DNA of 63,991 nt, the filler included, from Octopus bimaculoides (taxonomy: Eukaryota), in assembly GCF_001194135.2 (NCBI RefSeq). It is 10 parts of 9 records of this genome, joined end to end, with 100 filler letters (N's around TTAATTAATTAA, not from the genome) between each part and the next. Parts side by side here need not be neighbours in the genome. Positions count along the whole stretch, not along the records: positions 10,337 to 15,523 come from NC_068997.1; positions 15,624 to 19,615 come from NC_068997.1; positions 19,716 to 50,932 come from NC_068983.1; 7 more parts are not named here. One strand, given 5' to 3'. Both the position numbers and the translations under genes were made by a program. Positions 11,647 through 25,074 of the stretch are shown in pieces. The notes beneath the pieces were generated by a model that ran no database searches, was not told where the DNA came from, and saw only the letters and a program-made list of their open reading frames with translations. Each line of letters opens with the position of its first letter. The stretch's first letter is position 1.

Positions 11647-12931
11647 TTAGGTTGTCAAGAAAGTTCTTGCGGTTTTTAACCTTTAAATTCAGATGCACAT
11701 ATCTCGGCTCAACCAAAACTTTATTAATCAAAATAAACACCAGAATTAACACACTTTTGCAAACGCGAAACAAGTTTATTTATGCCAGTAGCATAAAAAT
11801 CCTGCGTTCTGGTGGCGATGAAGCCGCTGAAGGCGTGTTTGGCATCGTCTTGGTTTTTTGTAACATTTCTCACGCGGGAAGTTGTCGAGATGCTTGAAAA
11901 AGTAGTAGTCGTTAGGCGAGAGGTCTGAAGAGTATGGCGGATGAGGCAGAGTTTCGTAGCCCGATTTGTTCAACTTCTGCAGGGTCAGTTGTGCGACGTG
12001 CCACTGAGCGTTGTCGTGGAGAAGAATTGATCCTTTTCTATTGACCAATGCTGGCTGTTGTCGGAGTTTCTTATGCATTTCATCCATTTGCTGACAGTAC
12101 TCCTCCGCCGTAATGGTTTTGCTTGGAACCAAAAAGCTGTGATGGATGAGACCGGCCACAGACCACCAAACAGCCACCATGACCTTCTTTTGGTGCAACT
12201 TTGGCTTCGAGAAGTGCCGTGGAGCTTCGTCGTTGTCCAACCACAGAGCTGAGTATCGTCGGTTGTCGTAAAGAATTCACTTTTCATTGCAAGTCACAGT
12301 CCGGTCGAGAAACGGGTCGTTCTTGTTGCGTAAGAGAAGGAAAGACGACATTTCAAAACGTAGTTTTTTTTGTTTTGTTTTTTGTTTTTTTTGTCGTTCA
12401 ATTCGTGCTGCACCCATTTCTCAAGTATTTTTGTTATTCCAATCTCTTTCAAGTGGTTGGAAATTGTCGTATACGTTACGTCTAATTCAGAAGCAAGTTG
12501 TACGTGGAACAGTTGTACGTGGATTGGCTTCCACTAAGGCTCTTAGTTGATCGTTGTCAACATCAGACCACTACGCTTATCATCTTCAAGACTCTCGTCA
12601 CTGCTACGAAATTTCCATTGTGCTGTACATTCATTAGTAGTTCCTGGGCCAAACGCATCGTTGATATCGCGAGCTGTTTCAGCAGCTTTCGGCCTAGCTT
12701 GAACTGGAATAAGAAAATTGTGCGAATTTGCTTTTTGTCCATGTCGTATTCAACGTTCCGGAAAAAATGGCCTAATTATTCAAAAAGAAAAAGAGTAACA
12801 CGATTAGATAGAGCGGAAAACGGGCTTTAAAATGATATATAAAATCGAAGTAATTTAACGAAAATTAATTTGAAAATACATCATTTAAAACCAAGATTAA
12901 AAATTCTGCAAGAACTTTCTTGACAACCTAA
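11647..12931 (-). mobile_element. Full-length Hsmar1-like (cecropia-type) mariner, 1285 bp
   Basis: Perfect 24-bp TIRs TTAGGTTGTCAAGAAAGTTCTTGC (11647-11670 / 12908-12931), TA on both sides, transposase homology inside. Confidence 0.95.
11724..12742 (-). pseudogene. Mariner transposase pseudogene (DD34D type)
   Basis: MDKKQIRTIFLFQFKLGRKAAETARDINDAFGPGT ... PFLDRTVTCNEK*ILYDN ... LLHDNA ... PPYSSDLSPNDY ... QKCVNSGVYFD*; first catalytic D reads N, with a stop and several frameshifts. Confidence 0.92.
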
Positions 12932-12944
12932 TAGAAATTATGTG

Positions 12945-13130
12945 GCATTTGATTACGTGTTTACGATCTGAGTTCAAATCATGCCCAGGTACACTTTGGT
13001 TTTATCGAACTGAGTTTAATAAGCAAAGTGTGAGTGGATAAATTTACTGCTGGAGTGATGTAACCGAGGGTAGCTTTTGATGTGGTATCCCAGAGTAGTC
13101 ACAATCCAGTGACTGAAACTAATAAAGAGT
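12945..13130 (+). mobile_element. Degenerate SINE fragment
   Basis: ctgagttcaaatc B-box remnant and cagtgactgaaactaataaagag tail like family B. Confidence 0.45.
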
Positions 13131-13606
13131 TTCTATACAGTCGATTGACCTGCTAGAAATAGTAGACAGAATCCACCAAACATCACATTCCGCCGTCTAA
13201 AAAGCATTAAGAAATTAAGAACACATTGGATAATGTAGCCAGAGTCTGGTAGGGTCCTGAAAAACAAACAAACAAATGATCCATGCCCTGGTCGAACAAA
13301 GCCTATTTCAAGCTAAATAGCAACAAAAACAGCTAATTCCATATCCGTGTTTCAGTCTTTGTGTTAGTCCAATACACATTTGTGTGTTGGACTCATACGC
13401 CATGACCAACAAGTAAAAAACAATAACATGGACTTTCAGCTTATTGTACTTATACATGTTTAACATTAATATCTAATTTAGTCAGTTACACATGTTACAC
13501 ACATTTCTAGAACAGTAGATTCCGTTTATTTTAGACAGTCAAGTGATATAGCATATTTAGCACACATGTTTAGTTGAACACTAATAATTTGTTTAATTAG
13601 TCTCAA

Positions 13607-13766
13607 AGGCGTAGCTGTCTGGTAACAAGCTTGCTCCTAACAATATGGTTCTTGGTTCAGACTCTCTTTGCGTGGCGCCTTGGGCACAAGTGTCTTCTAC
13701 TGTAGCTTCAGGCCGGCCAAAGCCGCGTGAGTGGATTTGGTAGACGGAAACAGAAAGGAAACCATC

Positions 13767-13800
<34 letters not shown>

Positions 13801-14069
13801 NNNNNNNNNNNNNNNNNNNNNNNNNNNNNNNNNNNNNNNNNNNNNNNNNNNNNNNNNNNNNNNNNNNNNNNNNNNNNNNNNNNNNNNNNNNNNNNNNNNN
13901 NNNNNNNNNNNNNNNNNNNNNNNNNNNNNNNNNNNNNNNNNNNNNNNNNNNNNNNNNNNNNNNNNNNNNNNNNNNNNNNNNNNNNNNNNNNNNNNNNNNN
14001 NNNNNNNNNNNNNNNNNNNNNNNNNNNNNNNNNNNNNNNNNNNNNNNNNNNNNNNNNNNNNNNNNNNNN

Positions 14070-14121
<52 letters not shown>

Positions 14122-14265
14122 TGTGTGTGTGTGTGTGTTTGTGAACACCGGAATGGTGGATAAAAAAGATTACTTACTGGGGTCGACTAAAAATTCTCTA
14201 AGGCGATGCCCCAGCATGGACGCAGTCTAATGACTGAAACAAATAAAAGATAAACGATAAAAGAT
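13607..14265 (+). mobile_element. CORE-type SINE family B, split by an expanded internal (TG)n and a gap
   Basis: Head gctgtctggtaacaagcttgct...ccttgggcacaagtgtcttctact...gtgagtggatttggtagacggaaac, then (TG)n/N, then tail gccccagcatggacgcagtctaatgactgaaacaaataaaagat. Confidence 0.8.
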
Positions 14266-14390
14266 CCAGCACACTAACCTATGTATGGGGACGAGGCTGA
14301 AAGGTTCCTGGTCTTGGGTGAAAGAAAATACAGGAGGATCAGTTAATTATGATTTTATTCAACATATTCGCCGCACATATTCACGCACTT

Positions 14391-14496
14391 ATTGCAATGG
14401 TCCTTCAGTTTTTCTAAGCCCTGTAAAAGAACTCAGAAGGTTGGACCATCAGCCGGGCCTTTCACGATACCCTTAAAGCCAGGAACGTTTCAGCAC
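14391..14496. repeat. Unclassified ~105-bp dispersed repeat, copy 1
   Basis: Shares ggtccttcagtt, ccctgtaaaagaactc, aggttggac and ggcctttcacgataccc with 25774-25878. Confidence 0.8.
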
Positions 14497-14660
14497 CCGC
14501 CTCTTATACAACAATAGATTTCCTACACCAGTGGCAGTGAACACTCGTATTTAAATTAGAGAGACACTCATACATGCAGCACAACGTACATAAAAGTGCT
14601 TTCTTTTGCTCTATATTTTACGTCTAAAAGTATAAACACGAGCGGCACCGCCACTTCCAT

Positions 14661-14664
<4 letters not shown>

Positions 14665-14707
<43 letters not shown>

Positions 14708-14827
14708 TTAACAACAACAACAACTTGATAGCAGGAGCAAGGATAAAACAATAACAGAAACATCCACGACTGCAACGTTAATATCAGTGACAATAATAAT
14801 TACTATGACAAACACAATAACAATAGA

Positions 14828-14898
<71 letters not shown>

Positions 14899-14919
14899 AA
14901 CTACTACTAATACTACTTA

Positions 14920-14957
<38 letters not shown>

Positions 14958-15010
14958 TTGCTGCTGCTGCTGTTGCTGCTATTGCTGCTGCTGCTGCAAC
15001 GGCAGCAACG
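14665..15010. repeat. (TAC)n/(CTA)n/(CTG)n trinucleotide cluster
   Basis: Directly visible. Confidence 0.9.
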
Positions 15011-16663
15011 ACGACAACGGTAACGAAGAAAAAACGCTAACGTTAATAGCTAAAAGAACAGCAGCAAACGTAACTACTGCAGCAACACCTGCAGCAGCAG
15101 CAGCAGCGCTAGCAATAAACAACGGCAGTTGCCAAAATAAGAAAGAATGACAGCAGTAAGCAAGAACGGAAAGCTCAGGAAAAGCAACGTTAAACGTTCA
15201 CTGCGAAGAACACAAGAAAAGGAATGTGGGGATTAGAACGTCTAATCGGAACGGGATTACATTGTCCAAGAAGAATGGTCTGTAAGGTGCGTGTGTGTGG
15301 TGATGGAGGTGGGCAACAGACTGAGACTGTGTCTTTAACCATATGGCTCCTTACTAGATCACAAGACGCCACACCTTCAGCAAATGTCTCCACCACACCT
15401 CTGCTTGACCAAACTTTATGATAAGAAGCTAGTAAATACTCGCATAGTATTTGTACGAATGTATGTAGATGTGTGTGTGTGTGTGTGTATGTGTGCAAGC
15501 ATATATATATATATATATATATANNNNNNNNNNNNNNNNNNNNNNNNNNNNNNNNNNNNNNNNNNNNTTAATTAATTAANNNNNNNNNNNNNNNNNNNNN
15601 NNNNNNNNNNNNNNNNNNNNNNNATTAGGGAAGAAGAAAAAAAAAAAGAACAACACAGACATCTTTTTCAATCAAAAATGTTCGACCTCCTTCTCTCTCT
15701 CTCTCTCTCCCCTTTTGTCGGGAATCATTTGATCTCAATATGTCCACAATGTTAGACAGCCATCTTGATTCCATTATATTATAAACTGCAGTTCTTCTTC
15801 ATTTTTTCTTCTTAAAAAAAATAAAATTATACAAAAAAAAAACACCACTAACTCAAAAACCTATATAACATATAATTAATTGGTATTTCTTGGCGATTTT
15901 AAACCTCCATTTTAGTAAACTTGGGGTGGGGATGATAAATAAATAAAACCTAACTTGTGACCATTCTTATATCCCCCTCCCCGGTTCCCAACAATATGCC
16001 TCTGCAATTTTAAGTTTACAGATTTTTAGATTGAGATTTAAAAAGTCTACGGGCTTGCCCAGTTGTGTATTTATCCGAATAAACGTGTATATTATAAGTG
16101 TGTGTTTATACATACACATATGTGTATATATTTGTGTGTGTGTGCATACATCTGTGTGGTGTTGGTAACAAATAATCCACAAGTCCAATCAATGAATTCA
16201 TTAAGTCTTTCCAGAATACATGTGCATTTGTTGGTTGTAGTGGTGGTGGTCATGGTGAATGGATTAGATTGGATGGTAATGGGGGGGAGCCAAGTTAAGT
16301 GTGTGATATCAATCAGTGTCACTCGTTTTCAAAGGATTTGCTATGAAGAAGAAATAAATAATAAGGGTCAAGGTTTGTTTGTTTTTTTTTCCAATGAAAA
16401 AAACCAAAATAAAGACTGGTGTAGCCATTGAAAGCTAGAAATGTCTCTGGAACATTTCCTACACTTTATGAGCAGTTGCTTTGGACAGTGTCCACTGTTA
16501 GGTATTTGTACATCAAGTATGTGTGTACTATACAGCGGCGTGTATTTAATTAATCGGAATTATGTATTTTGGTCTGTCTACCTGTCAGGTATTGAATATA
16601 AAACTTTTAAAATGCTTCATTCTTTATATAACATGCTCTGTAATATTATATATATGCATGTCA

Positions 16664-16876
16664 GGCAGTAAGCTGGTTGCAGTACTTGCATGCCAGGCAA
16701 AATGCTTAGCAGCAGTCCCTCTGTCTTTACGTTGTGAGTTCAAATAGCACCCAGGTCAACTTTGCCTTTCATCCTTTGAGGGCCAATGAAATAAGTACCA
16801 GTTGAACACTGGGGTTGATGTAATTGACTTAGCCCGTCCCCCAAAATTGCTGGCCTTGTGCCAGAATTTGAAACTA
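16664..16876 (+). mobile_element. SINE family A
   Basis: Head, gagttcaaatag B-box, core ctttgcctttcatcc and tail ccccaaaattgctggccttgtgcc. Confidence 0.8.
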
Positions 16877-17085
16877 ATATTAAATGTGCAGGTATTTCAC
16901 ACAACGTATGCACATATGTATTTGGGGTACTGTAACTTTCATTTAGTTTGGCCAATTTGGTTTAACAGATGAAAGTCTGTTGACCAGTTTTGTGTTGAGC
17001 CTTTTCTGGTTTCTAACACCTCATCGGGCAGCAACAACAGGGATTTAATAGACTCAGCTGTGTCTTAAATGCAGTGAATATTATG

Positions 17086-17139
<54 letters not shown>

Positions 17140-18143
17140 NNNNNNNNNNNNNNNNNNNNNNNNNNNNNNNNNNNNNNNNNNNNNNNNNNNNNNNNNNNNN
17201 NNNNNNNNNNNNNNNNNNNNNNNNNNNNNNNNNNNNNNNNNNNNNNNNNNNNNNNNNNNNNNNNNNNNNNNNNNNNNNNNNNNNNNNNNNNNNNNNNNNN
17301 NNNNNNNNNNNNNNNNNNNNNNNNNNNNNNNNNNNNNNNNNNNNNNNNNNNNNNNNNNNNNNNNNNNNNNNNNNNNNNNNNNNNNNNNNNNNNNNNNNNN
17401 NNNNNNNNNNNNNNNNNNNNNNNNNNNNNNNNNNNNNNNNNNNNNNNNNNNNNNNNNNNNNNNNNNNNNNNNNNNNNNNNNNNNNNNNNNNNNNNNNNNN
17501 NNNNNNNNNNNNNNNNNNNNNNNNNNNNNNNNNNNNNNNNNNNNNNNNNNNNNNNNNNNNNNNNNNNNNNNNNNNNNNNNNNNNNNNNNNNNNNNNNNNN
17601 NNNNNNNNNNNNNNNNNNNNNNNNNNNNNNNNNNNNNNNNNNNNNNNNNNNNNNNNNNNNNNNNNNNNNNNNNNNNNNNNNNNNNNNNNNNNNNNNNNNN
17701 NNNNNNNNNNNNNNNNNNNNNNNNNNNNNNNNNNNNNNNNNNNNNNNNNNNNNNNNNNNNNNNNNNNNNNNNNNNNNNNNNNNNNNNNNNNNNNNNNNNN
17801 NNNNNNNNNNNNNNNNNNNNNNNNNNNNNNNNNNNNNNNNNNNNNNNNNNNNNNNNNNNNNNNNNNNNNNNNNNNNNNNNNNNNNNNNNNNNNNNNNNNN
17901 NNNNNNNNNNNNNNNNNNNNNNNNNNNNNNNNNNNNNNNNNNNNNNNNNNNNNNNNNNNNNNNNNNNNNNNNNNNNNNNNNNNNNNNNNNNNNNNNNNNN
18001 NNNNNNNNNNNNNNNNNNNNNNNNNNNNNNNNNNNNNNNNNNNNNNNNNNNNNNNNNNNNNNNNNNATATATATATATATATTTATTTATATATATACAT
18101 ACATAAATACAGAGGCACATATACACATGTACATCTGATGTTA

Positions 18144-18434
18144 GGAAGGGCATCCACTTATAGAACCATGCCAAAACAGACATTGGAGCATGACAGTCTT
18201 TCAACTCATTGGATCCTGTCTGGCTATTCATCCAATAACATCATGGAGAGTGGATGTTAAATGATTTTATATATATATATATGTATGTATGTGTATATAT
18301 ATATATGTGTGTGTTTGTGTGATCATTTAATGTCCATGTTCCATGCAGGTACAGGTTGGACAGTTTGACAAGGATCCAGTAAGTCAAGGCCTGACCTATA
18401 CACCAATATCTCTTCTGGCATGATTTCTACAACT
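18144..18434. mobile_element. Two diverged retroposon 3' tails in tail-to-tail orientation (+18144-18265, -18320-18434)
   Basis: Both read tagaa.catgcca.aa.aga.attgg ... ggatcc ... catgga....gga..ttaaatgat on their own strand. Confidence 0.5.
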
Positions 18435-18701
18435 GTTTTTTTTTTTTCCATGCCACTGGCACTACTGAGCTCACCATGTAGCTCACTAGTAGACAAACCC
18501 AGGATGGGAGGATGTTGCCTCTGTATGCTAGATGGAGGTTAAGGTACGAGGAAACAGGATGAAGTAGAGCAGGTTCTTGTTGTAGAACTACATGGCTTCA
18601 CACATTTAGGAGAGAAAGAGAGAGAGTGAGCATGAATATTAGAGGTATCTGCAAGGTGAGAGACAGTGGTGACGAAGTGTCCAGGTGGCACCTGCATGTG
18701 T

Positions 18702-18748
<47 letters not shown>

Positions 18749-19909
18749 AGCATATATTAATATTTTTTAGCCACACTTGACTACATGATGCCAAATGCTT
18801 GTTTGTTTGAAAATCGGATATATGTGGCTTTGACTGATAGAAACATCATTTGGAAGGAAATTGGAATTCTTTTTATTCCTGAAACCTACCACCACAAACC
18901 AAGAAGTGTTTACAGGCTGTTATTGTCTTTTGTGTTTAATATTTTTACCTTTTTATCTGAAAAATGAAATTTCTTAAATGGACTTATGTGCTTTAATTAC
19001 AATACCACTTGTATGAGAGGGATTTTTCTCCAAAATATACACAGAGACACACATATCTGTGTGTATATATGTGTGCGTGTGTGTCTGTATTTATGAATAT
19101 GTGTATATGCACATAATATAAAAAACAAAATCACAGGTATTAATATCTTTGTAACTCAGTTCATCACTTACTAAGTAACTCAATTCATCTCTTATTACTA
19201 CTACTACTACTACTACTAACTACTACACTTACTATTGTGGCTGGTGCTGTAGTGCAGCATTCAGTTGCTGGTGAGTTCGGGCTGCAACCTAGTCTTGATT
19301 CCCATTTAGAACAGAACTGCTTCATTTCACTTACATTACCGACGCCATTGGAAAAAGCATGATTGTGACAACTTCCCATTTTTTTCTCCCCTCCTCTCCC
19401 CTTACAATCTCGGGCTTTATGAGGCCTATATTGTACAAAAAGAAAAAAATTATTTAATGTTAGTAAATCTATTATTATTATTATTATTATAACGCTGGAA
19501 ATTTATTTTCTAAACAAATCCAACTTCGAAAAGTTCGACTAAAATCTTTCTCCTGTTTTTTGAAGTTTGATTTTTATGTTAATATTTTTTTTCGTTGTAG
19601 GCACCTTTTTTTTTTNNNNNNNNNNNNNNNNNNNNNNNNNNNNNNNNNNNNNNNNNNNNTTAATTAATTAANNNNNNNNNNNNNNNNNNNNNNNNNNNNN
19701 NNNNNNNNNNNNNNNGGAACGAGGAAGATATGTTTGAATTTTTGGAAATAAGGCTCTAAATAGAGCTATTTCCGATTTGAAAAGTATATGTTCACGAAGT
19801 ATTTTGTGTTATACACAACTTATACAAAATTTTAAAACAAAATAGGTCTTTTAAGAGGTGAAAAATGCAACTTACATGGGAGCCGATGTGTCTACCGTCC
19901 GTCCATGAT

Positions 19910-19970
<61 letters not shown>

Positions 19971-20439
19971 GCTTATAAAATTATTGTAGTTGTCACAGTT
20001 TAGATTTAAATAATCTCACCATGAGAGAATCGAAACCTATAAACACTACATTCACAGGTTTACATATATTTTACTTCACTGAAACGTAGTGAAGAGGTAT
20101 CGGCACTGAGGTTTTAGCAGAGATATTTGAATTAGAATCGTAGTAGGTGGCTATATTTATTATCATGTCTATCATCTGACTCAATTCTTTTATCAGTATG
20201 CAAATATAATAAAAACAATACTTTCAACTCTATCTCAATAGGTAATTAGTTTATATCAGCACTAGAAAATGTTTTGAAAGGATTATATTTGTATCATGAA
20301 TCACAGTAGATCAGATATGTATCTCAATATGCATATGCATGTATAAGAATAAGTATAATAAATACAATATGCATAACCATGCATAATAATGGTTTCAAAT
20401 TTTACCACAAGGGCAGCATTTTTGTGGGGAGGAGATGAG

Positions 20440-20582
20440 TCAATGGCATCGACCCCAAATGGTGTTTATTTTATCGAACCTGAAAAGATAAAAGGCAAAA
20501 TTGAACTCAGAACGTAAAGACGGACGAAATGCTGCTAGGCATTTTGTCCGGCGTGCTAACGATTCTGTCAGCCCGCTGCCTT
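20440..20582 (-). mobile_element. SINE family A with internal deletion
   Basis: Minus strand ggcagcgggctgacagaatcgttagcacgccggacaaaatgcctagc...ctgagttcaattttgccttttatc. Confidence 0.8.
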
Positions 20583-20710
20583 GATATTCATGCATAATAA
20601 TAATAGCAATATCAACAACAACGACCATAATAACAATAATGATAATAAGAGTGATGATAACAATAATAATAGTAATAATAGTGATAATGATAATGATAAT
20701 AATAATAATG

Positions 20711-20747
<37 letters not shown>

Positions 20748-20851
20748 TAATAATAACAATAATAATAATATGTATAAGTATTATTAGTATATCCATGTAT
20801 AAATAATAAGTATAATAAAGAAAAAGACATTTCACATAGTACAAAATGATA

Positions 20852-21926
20852 CATGGGTGGGACAAAGAGGTCGAACGTTTTTGAAATGGTCATTACTCAT
20901 CCCCAGTGGGAAGGATATAAGTACGACAGGTAACATTCGTTCCGTGGTGTCCTAACATTTTCTTTTTCTTTTCAGGTGAAACCATGGCGCTGTGAACGAT
21001 AGAGCATCGCGTATTTGCCTACGACAGTTACGTGAAGAATAACGAGTCTGTCACAGCAGTTCAGCCTGAGTTTCGGCGCCACTTCAACATTCACCGATAT
21101 CAGGTTGTTTCCAACCGTAACACAACCTTACATGGGATGAATGCACTTTCTACACGAGGTACACTAATGAAGAGGAGACAGGTGGGGTCCCACGAAAGGT
21201 ACGGACTCCGGAAAATGTGAAACGCGTCAAACAATATTTGATACGGAGTCCGAATCCCTCTGCTCGGAGGCATTCCACTGAACTTGGCATCGGAAAGCGA
21301 TCGATAAGGCGTATTTTTCATGAAGACCACCCGTACAAATTGGTCAATGGGCAACAGTTGAAACCATGGGACTATGCACAGCGGCTTAATTTCGCACGTC
21401 AGATGGGGTTAATTTTTGAGGTAAATGGCAACCTCATTTTGTTAATGAGCCATGAAGCTCATTTTCATCTCAATGGTCTGGTGAATCAACAGAACTGTTG
21501 CTATTGGGCTCTTGAAAATCCGAGAGAACTGCATGAAAAACCACCCCACAGCCCTCTCTTTGGTTACCGTCTCATTTCTAGGTTTCCTGTCACTTCCTGG
21601 CCCCCTCGGTCTATGTGTGATTATTTCGAGGCACGTGCGTATGCACAAAAGAGCCCGTACATAGGACGACTTGAAGAAAGTTATTCGCGTGGAAGTCACC
21701 CAAATTGACAGAGCCACGCTGAAGGGAATGCAGGCTAACTTCGAAGAAATCCTTCAGAAATGCATCAATAAAAACGGACACCACATGAGGGGTGTTGTTT
21801 TCAACACTTGGTTTTGAAAAATGCTAATTCAATAAATACACATTGATGTCAATAAAATTTGTTTGCAGCTAAGATTAATGATTTTGTCAATTTTTCAAAG
21901 ACGTCATTCCTCTCTGCCCCACCCTG
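20852..21926 (+). mobile_element. DD41D/rosa-like Tc1/mariner element, internally deleted
   Basis: ATG at 20984: MAL*TIEHRVFAYDSYVKNNESVTAVQPEFRRHF (DUF4817-type HTH), LMSHEAHFHLNGLVNQQNCCYWALENP, WPPRS; TIRs ca(t)gggtgggacaaagagg / cctctctgccccaccctg match at about 18 of 20 positions with one extra base; TA flanks. Confidence 0.85.
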
Positions 21927-23761
21927 TATTAAGCGGTCAAAAATCATATTAACCAATGTGAGTATGTTAAAGTTACGATTCAATAAAGCAAATATAGTAT
22001 ACTATTGCTAGATGTTTCGTTGTATCATTTAATTTGTAATCTCTTGTTTAAATTGTATTTCACAGAACGGCTACTCAATATTTGACAACGAACCCAAGCT
22101 TGATAATCTTAAGAACATTCCATTCTCTGTATATAATAGAGGCGTAACATACTGCATTATATCAAGTCAGATATGTCCTTGTGTGTGTGTGTGCGCGCGC
22201 GCGCGTGTTAGTGTGTGTATGTATGCATACATCAAAAATATATATTTGCGTTAGTTAACGGTGTACAAAATATTGTCGACGTGTTTCCAAGTGTAAAACG
22301 TGACTCAACATATAATATATAATGAAATAAATGCTACTTCATGTATTAGAGGATATAGTTTTTTATAAATATATGTTGACGTATTGGAAGATATACAGGT
22401 AATTATAGAAACATCAGTGTGCATGCGTCTTAGAACATATAATTCAAAAAGGTTCATTTTTTTTTTACTTAATAGATCACATAAACACACACACACACGT
22501 GATTATACAGGAATATGGACAGATAAAGACATATGTTGCATGTATGCATGAATAAATATATCTTATATGCATGTATATACGTATAGACATATATATATAT
22601 AGATATGTCCATGCTGCGGTGTGTGTACGGGGCTCGTTGGTGGTACTTGTGTGTGTCTGCTCTGTATGTGTGTGTGCGCGTGTGTGCATGTTTCTGTGTG
22701 TGTGTGTGTATGTGTTTAGTCAAAAGTTAGTGTTTGAAAATATTTAAACTTACAAAATAGCTTCACGTATGACGTGAAGAAAACTCGGTACATAGAAAAG
22801 AGTAAATATATTTCGATTTTAGCTTATCTCAGATTAATTTACACTCCCATAGTAGTGTTGCTGCTGTATCTAATTCGGTGGTGCAGTAGAATGTAATGTC
22901 TTGTTTCAGTTTTCAGTATAGCTGGAACTTAGTTTTCAGCCGGTAAACCTCAGGCGTTGTGACGGTTTATATGTCATGCAAATTATTACCTGGTGCATCA
23001 TATCATAGTTATAGAGATAATATTTACTTTTACGACGACACATACTCTTGCATACCATCTTTTTCTAAAATATTTAGTGTTTTATTTCATACTTAGAGTG
23101 CTTGCGAGATGTGTTTTTCTGTTAATATACTTCTAAATCTTAAAATACGTCTTAATGTAGATCTTAAAGAGAACATTAGCGTGTAAAACTGATTTGATTC
23201 TTATTTGATGGACATTAAGTATTCAATAGTAGATTCGTTGTTCGTGTAACGACTCTTAAAGCGTCCCTCTCAATTACCCATGTATGATTTGATTAGTTCA
23301 ATTCGTTGATAATGAACAATCATATCATCCCGTTAAACAATGAATTGTAATTACAGGAGACTAAACTAATAACGCAGCTGCACCCATCTTGTTAGTTGTC
23401 TTACCTGTCACCATTTGGTAGGTAACAGGTAACTTAATACTTTAATACTTGGACAGCAGATTATTGTGTACTGTGAACTCTTTTAAATTAATTTGCTTAT
23501 ATTCTGTTGAATTTTATCCTTAAAATCGAATGTCATTGAAGACAGCTTAGGCAAGGATCTTGGAATTGTTAATTTTCTAGTTGCAAGTGCATCAGATCTA
23601 TTTCTTCACAGTTTAGAGTATCTTCGCAACAAATTATTTCTTTGAATTTACTGTTCTCTAAGGCCTTATTTTTAAAAGTTAGCTGCTCTCCCGCACGTCG
23701 TTTATTATATATTGGAAATTATTTCAGTTAAACTGTTAACAATGGACACAAGTTCTCAACA

Positions 23762-23925
23762 GGTACTTAATATTATTATCGACCTCGAAAGGATGAAAGA
23801 TGTGAACGTCGAGATCAAATTTGCCTTTCATTCTTTCGGGATCGATAAAATAAATACCATTTGAATACTGGGGTTTAGGTAATTGACTTACCCCTACCTT
23901 CAAAGTACTGGCCTTGAGCCAAAGT
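23762..23925. mobile_element. SINE family A core in head-to-head inverted arrangement
   Basis: 23777-23799 is the reverse complement (3 mismatches in 23) of 23825-23847; the SINE tail follows on +. Confidence 0.7.
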
Positions 23926-24753
23926 AAGATAGAAAAAAAATATCTGCACTATAGCTCAGTCTTAGATGTCTTAGTCATACAGTTATAACTCGTTCTAAGA
24001 AAAGACGAAATATCATTAGCCTTCACAGACCTCGTATTTAATGATAGCATGATAGATCCACTACATAGTCGTTCACCACGCTAAATATAGCTGTAATGAG
24101 AACCTCAAATTGTTGAATAAATCCACCCCCACTCCCCAAGGGAAGGACAATATAGATAATGTAGTCGTAAGTCAATCATGCATATGAAAAAAGAAAGGCG
24201 ACTATGGCAGATGTAACTTCTTGACTATTAACCTCATTAGAAAAGATTGTTCAAGTCCTCGCTTTAGTATTCGCTCCGGACGAGTTTCCAAGAACGTATT
24301 CCGACAGATCCGCTAATCTACAGTGTGATTAAGATTTATTACGTAAGGGAAACCTAATGAAACCTAGTGAAATCACCATGACAGAAAAAGAAAAAAACAA
24401 AAACAAAAAAATGAAACGTCAGTTAAGAAGCGAATAGAAATGAAAGAAATGTTATTACGAGAAAGGGGAAGTGGCGAGATGGAAAGAAAGAAAGAAAGAA
24501 AGAAAGAAAGCCGACAAGTAATGCTTCTTTTAATTATACCTTAGTGCATCGTAAAATTTTTAACGTCAAACGAGAATATATTTATGATGGAAAAAGAGTA
24601 AAAGTAACTACGAAAGAATTAAACGTATGACACTGAGATTATTAGACTGAATCAGGACAGAGTGAGTGAGGAGAGTTAAGGAACAGAACAAAGGGGTGTT
24701 TGTGAGGACAGGTTGTGAGACGCTAGAGAACTGCTGTATTTCTTAAATGGAGT

Positions 24754-24756
<3 letters not shown>

Positions 24757-24814
<58 letters not shown>
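24757..24814. repeat. (GA)n microsatellite
   Basis: Directly visible. Confidence 0.95.
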
Positions 24815-24819
<5 letters not shown>

Positions 24820-25074
24820 AAGAGTAGAAATCAGAACAAATATAAACAAATAGGACTAAAAGGAAAATAAAATGATGGCAGAAATGTTGAGTAACAATAA
24901 ATGATTGCTTACAAAAAGCAGGAAGAGGAAGGAATTGTCAATAAAAAGAAGACAATGTAGAATACCTAAAAACATCAGAAAATAACAGTAAAGTTAAAAT
25001 GAAAATTTCTCAATAAAACAAAAACAGATCCAGGAAAATTAAGTCGATGTTTCTCAATACAAAGCAGTCAGAAA

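Noticed and set aside
15200-15430. GC-richer stretch with ORFs 15224-15421 and 15190-15498
   Set aside because: No recognisable motif, splice signals or second copy.
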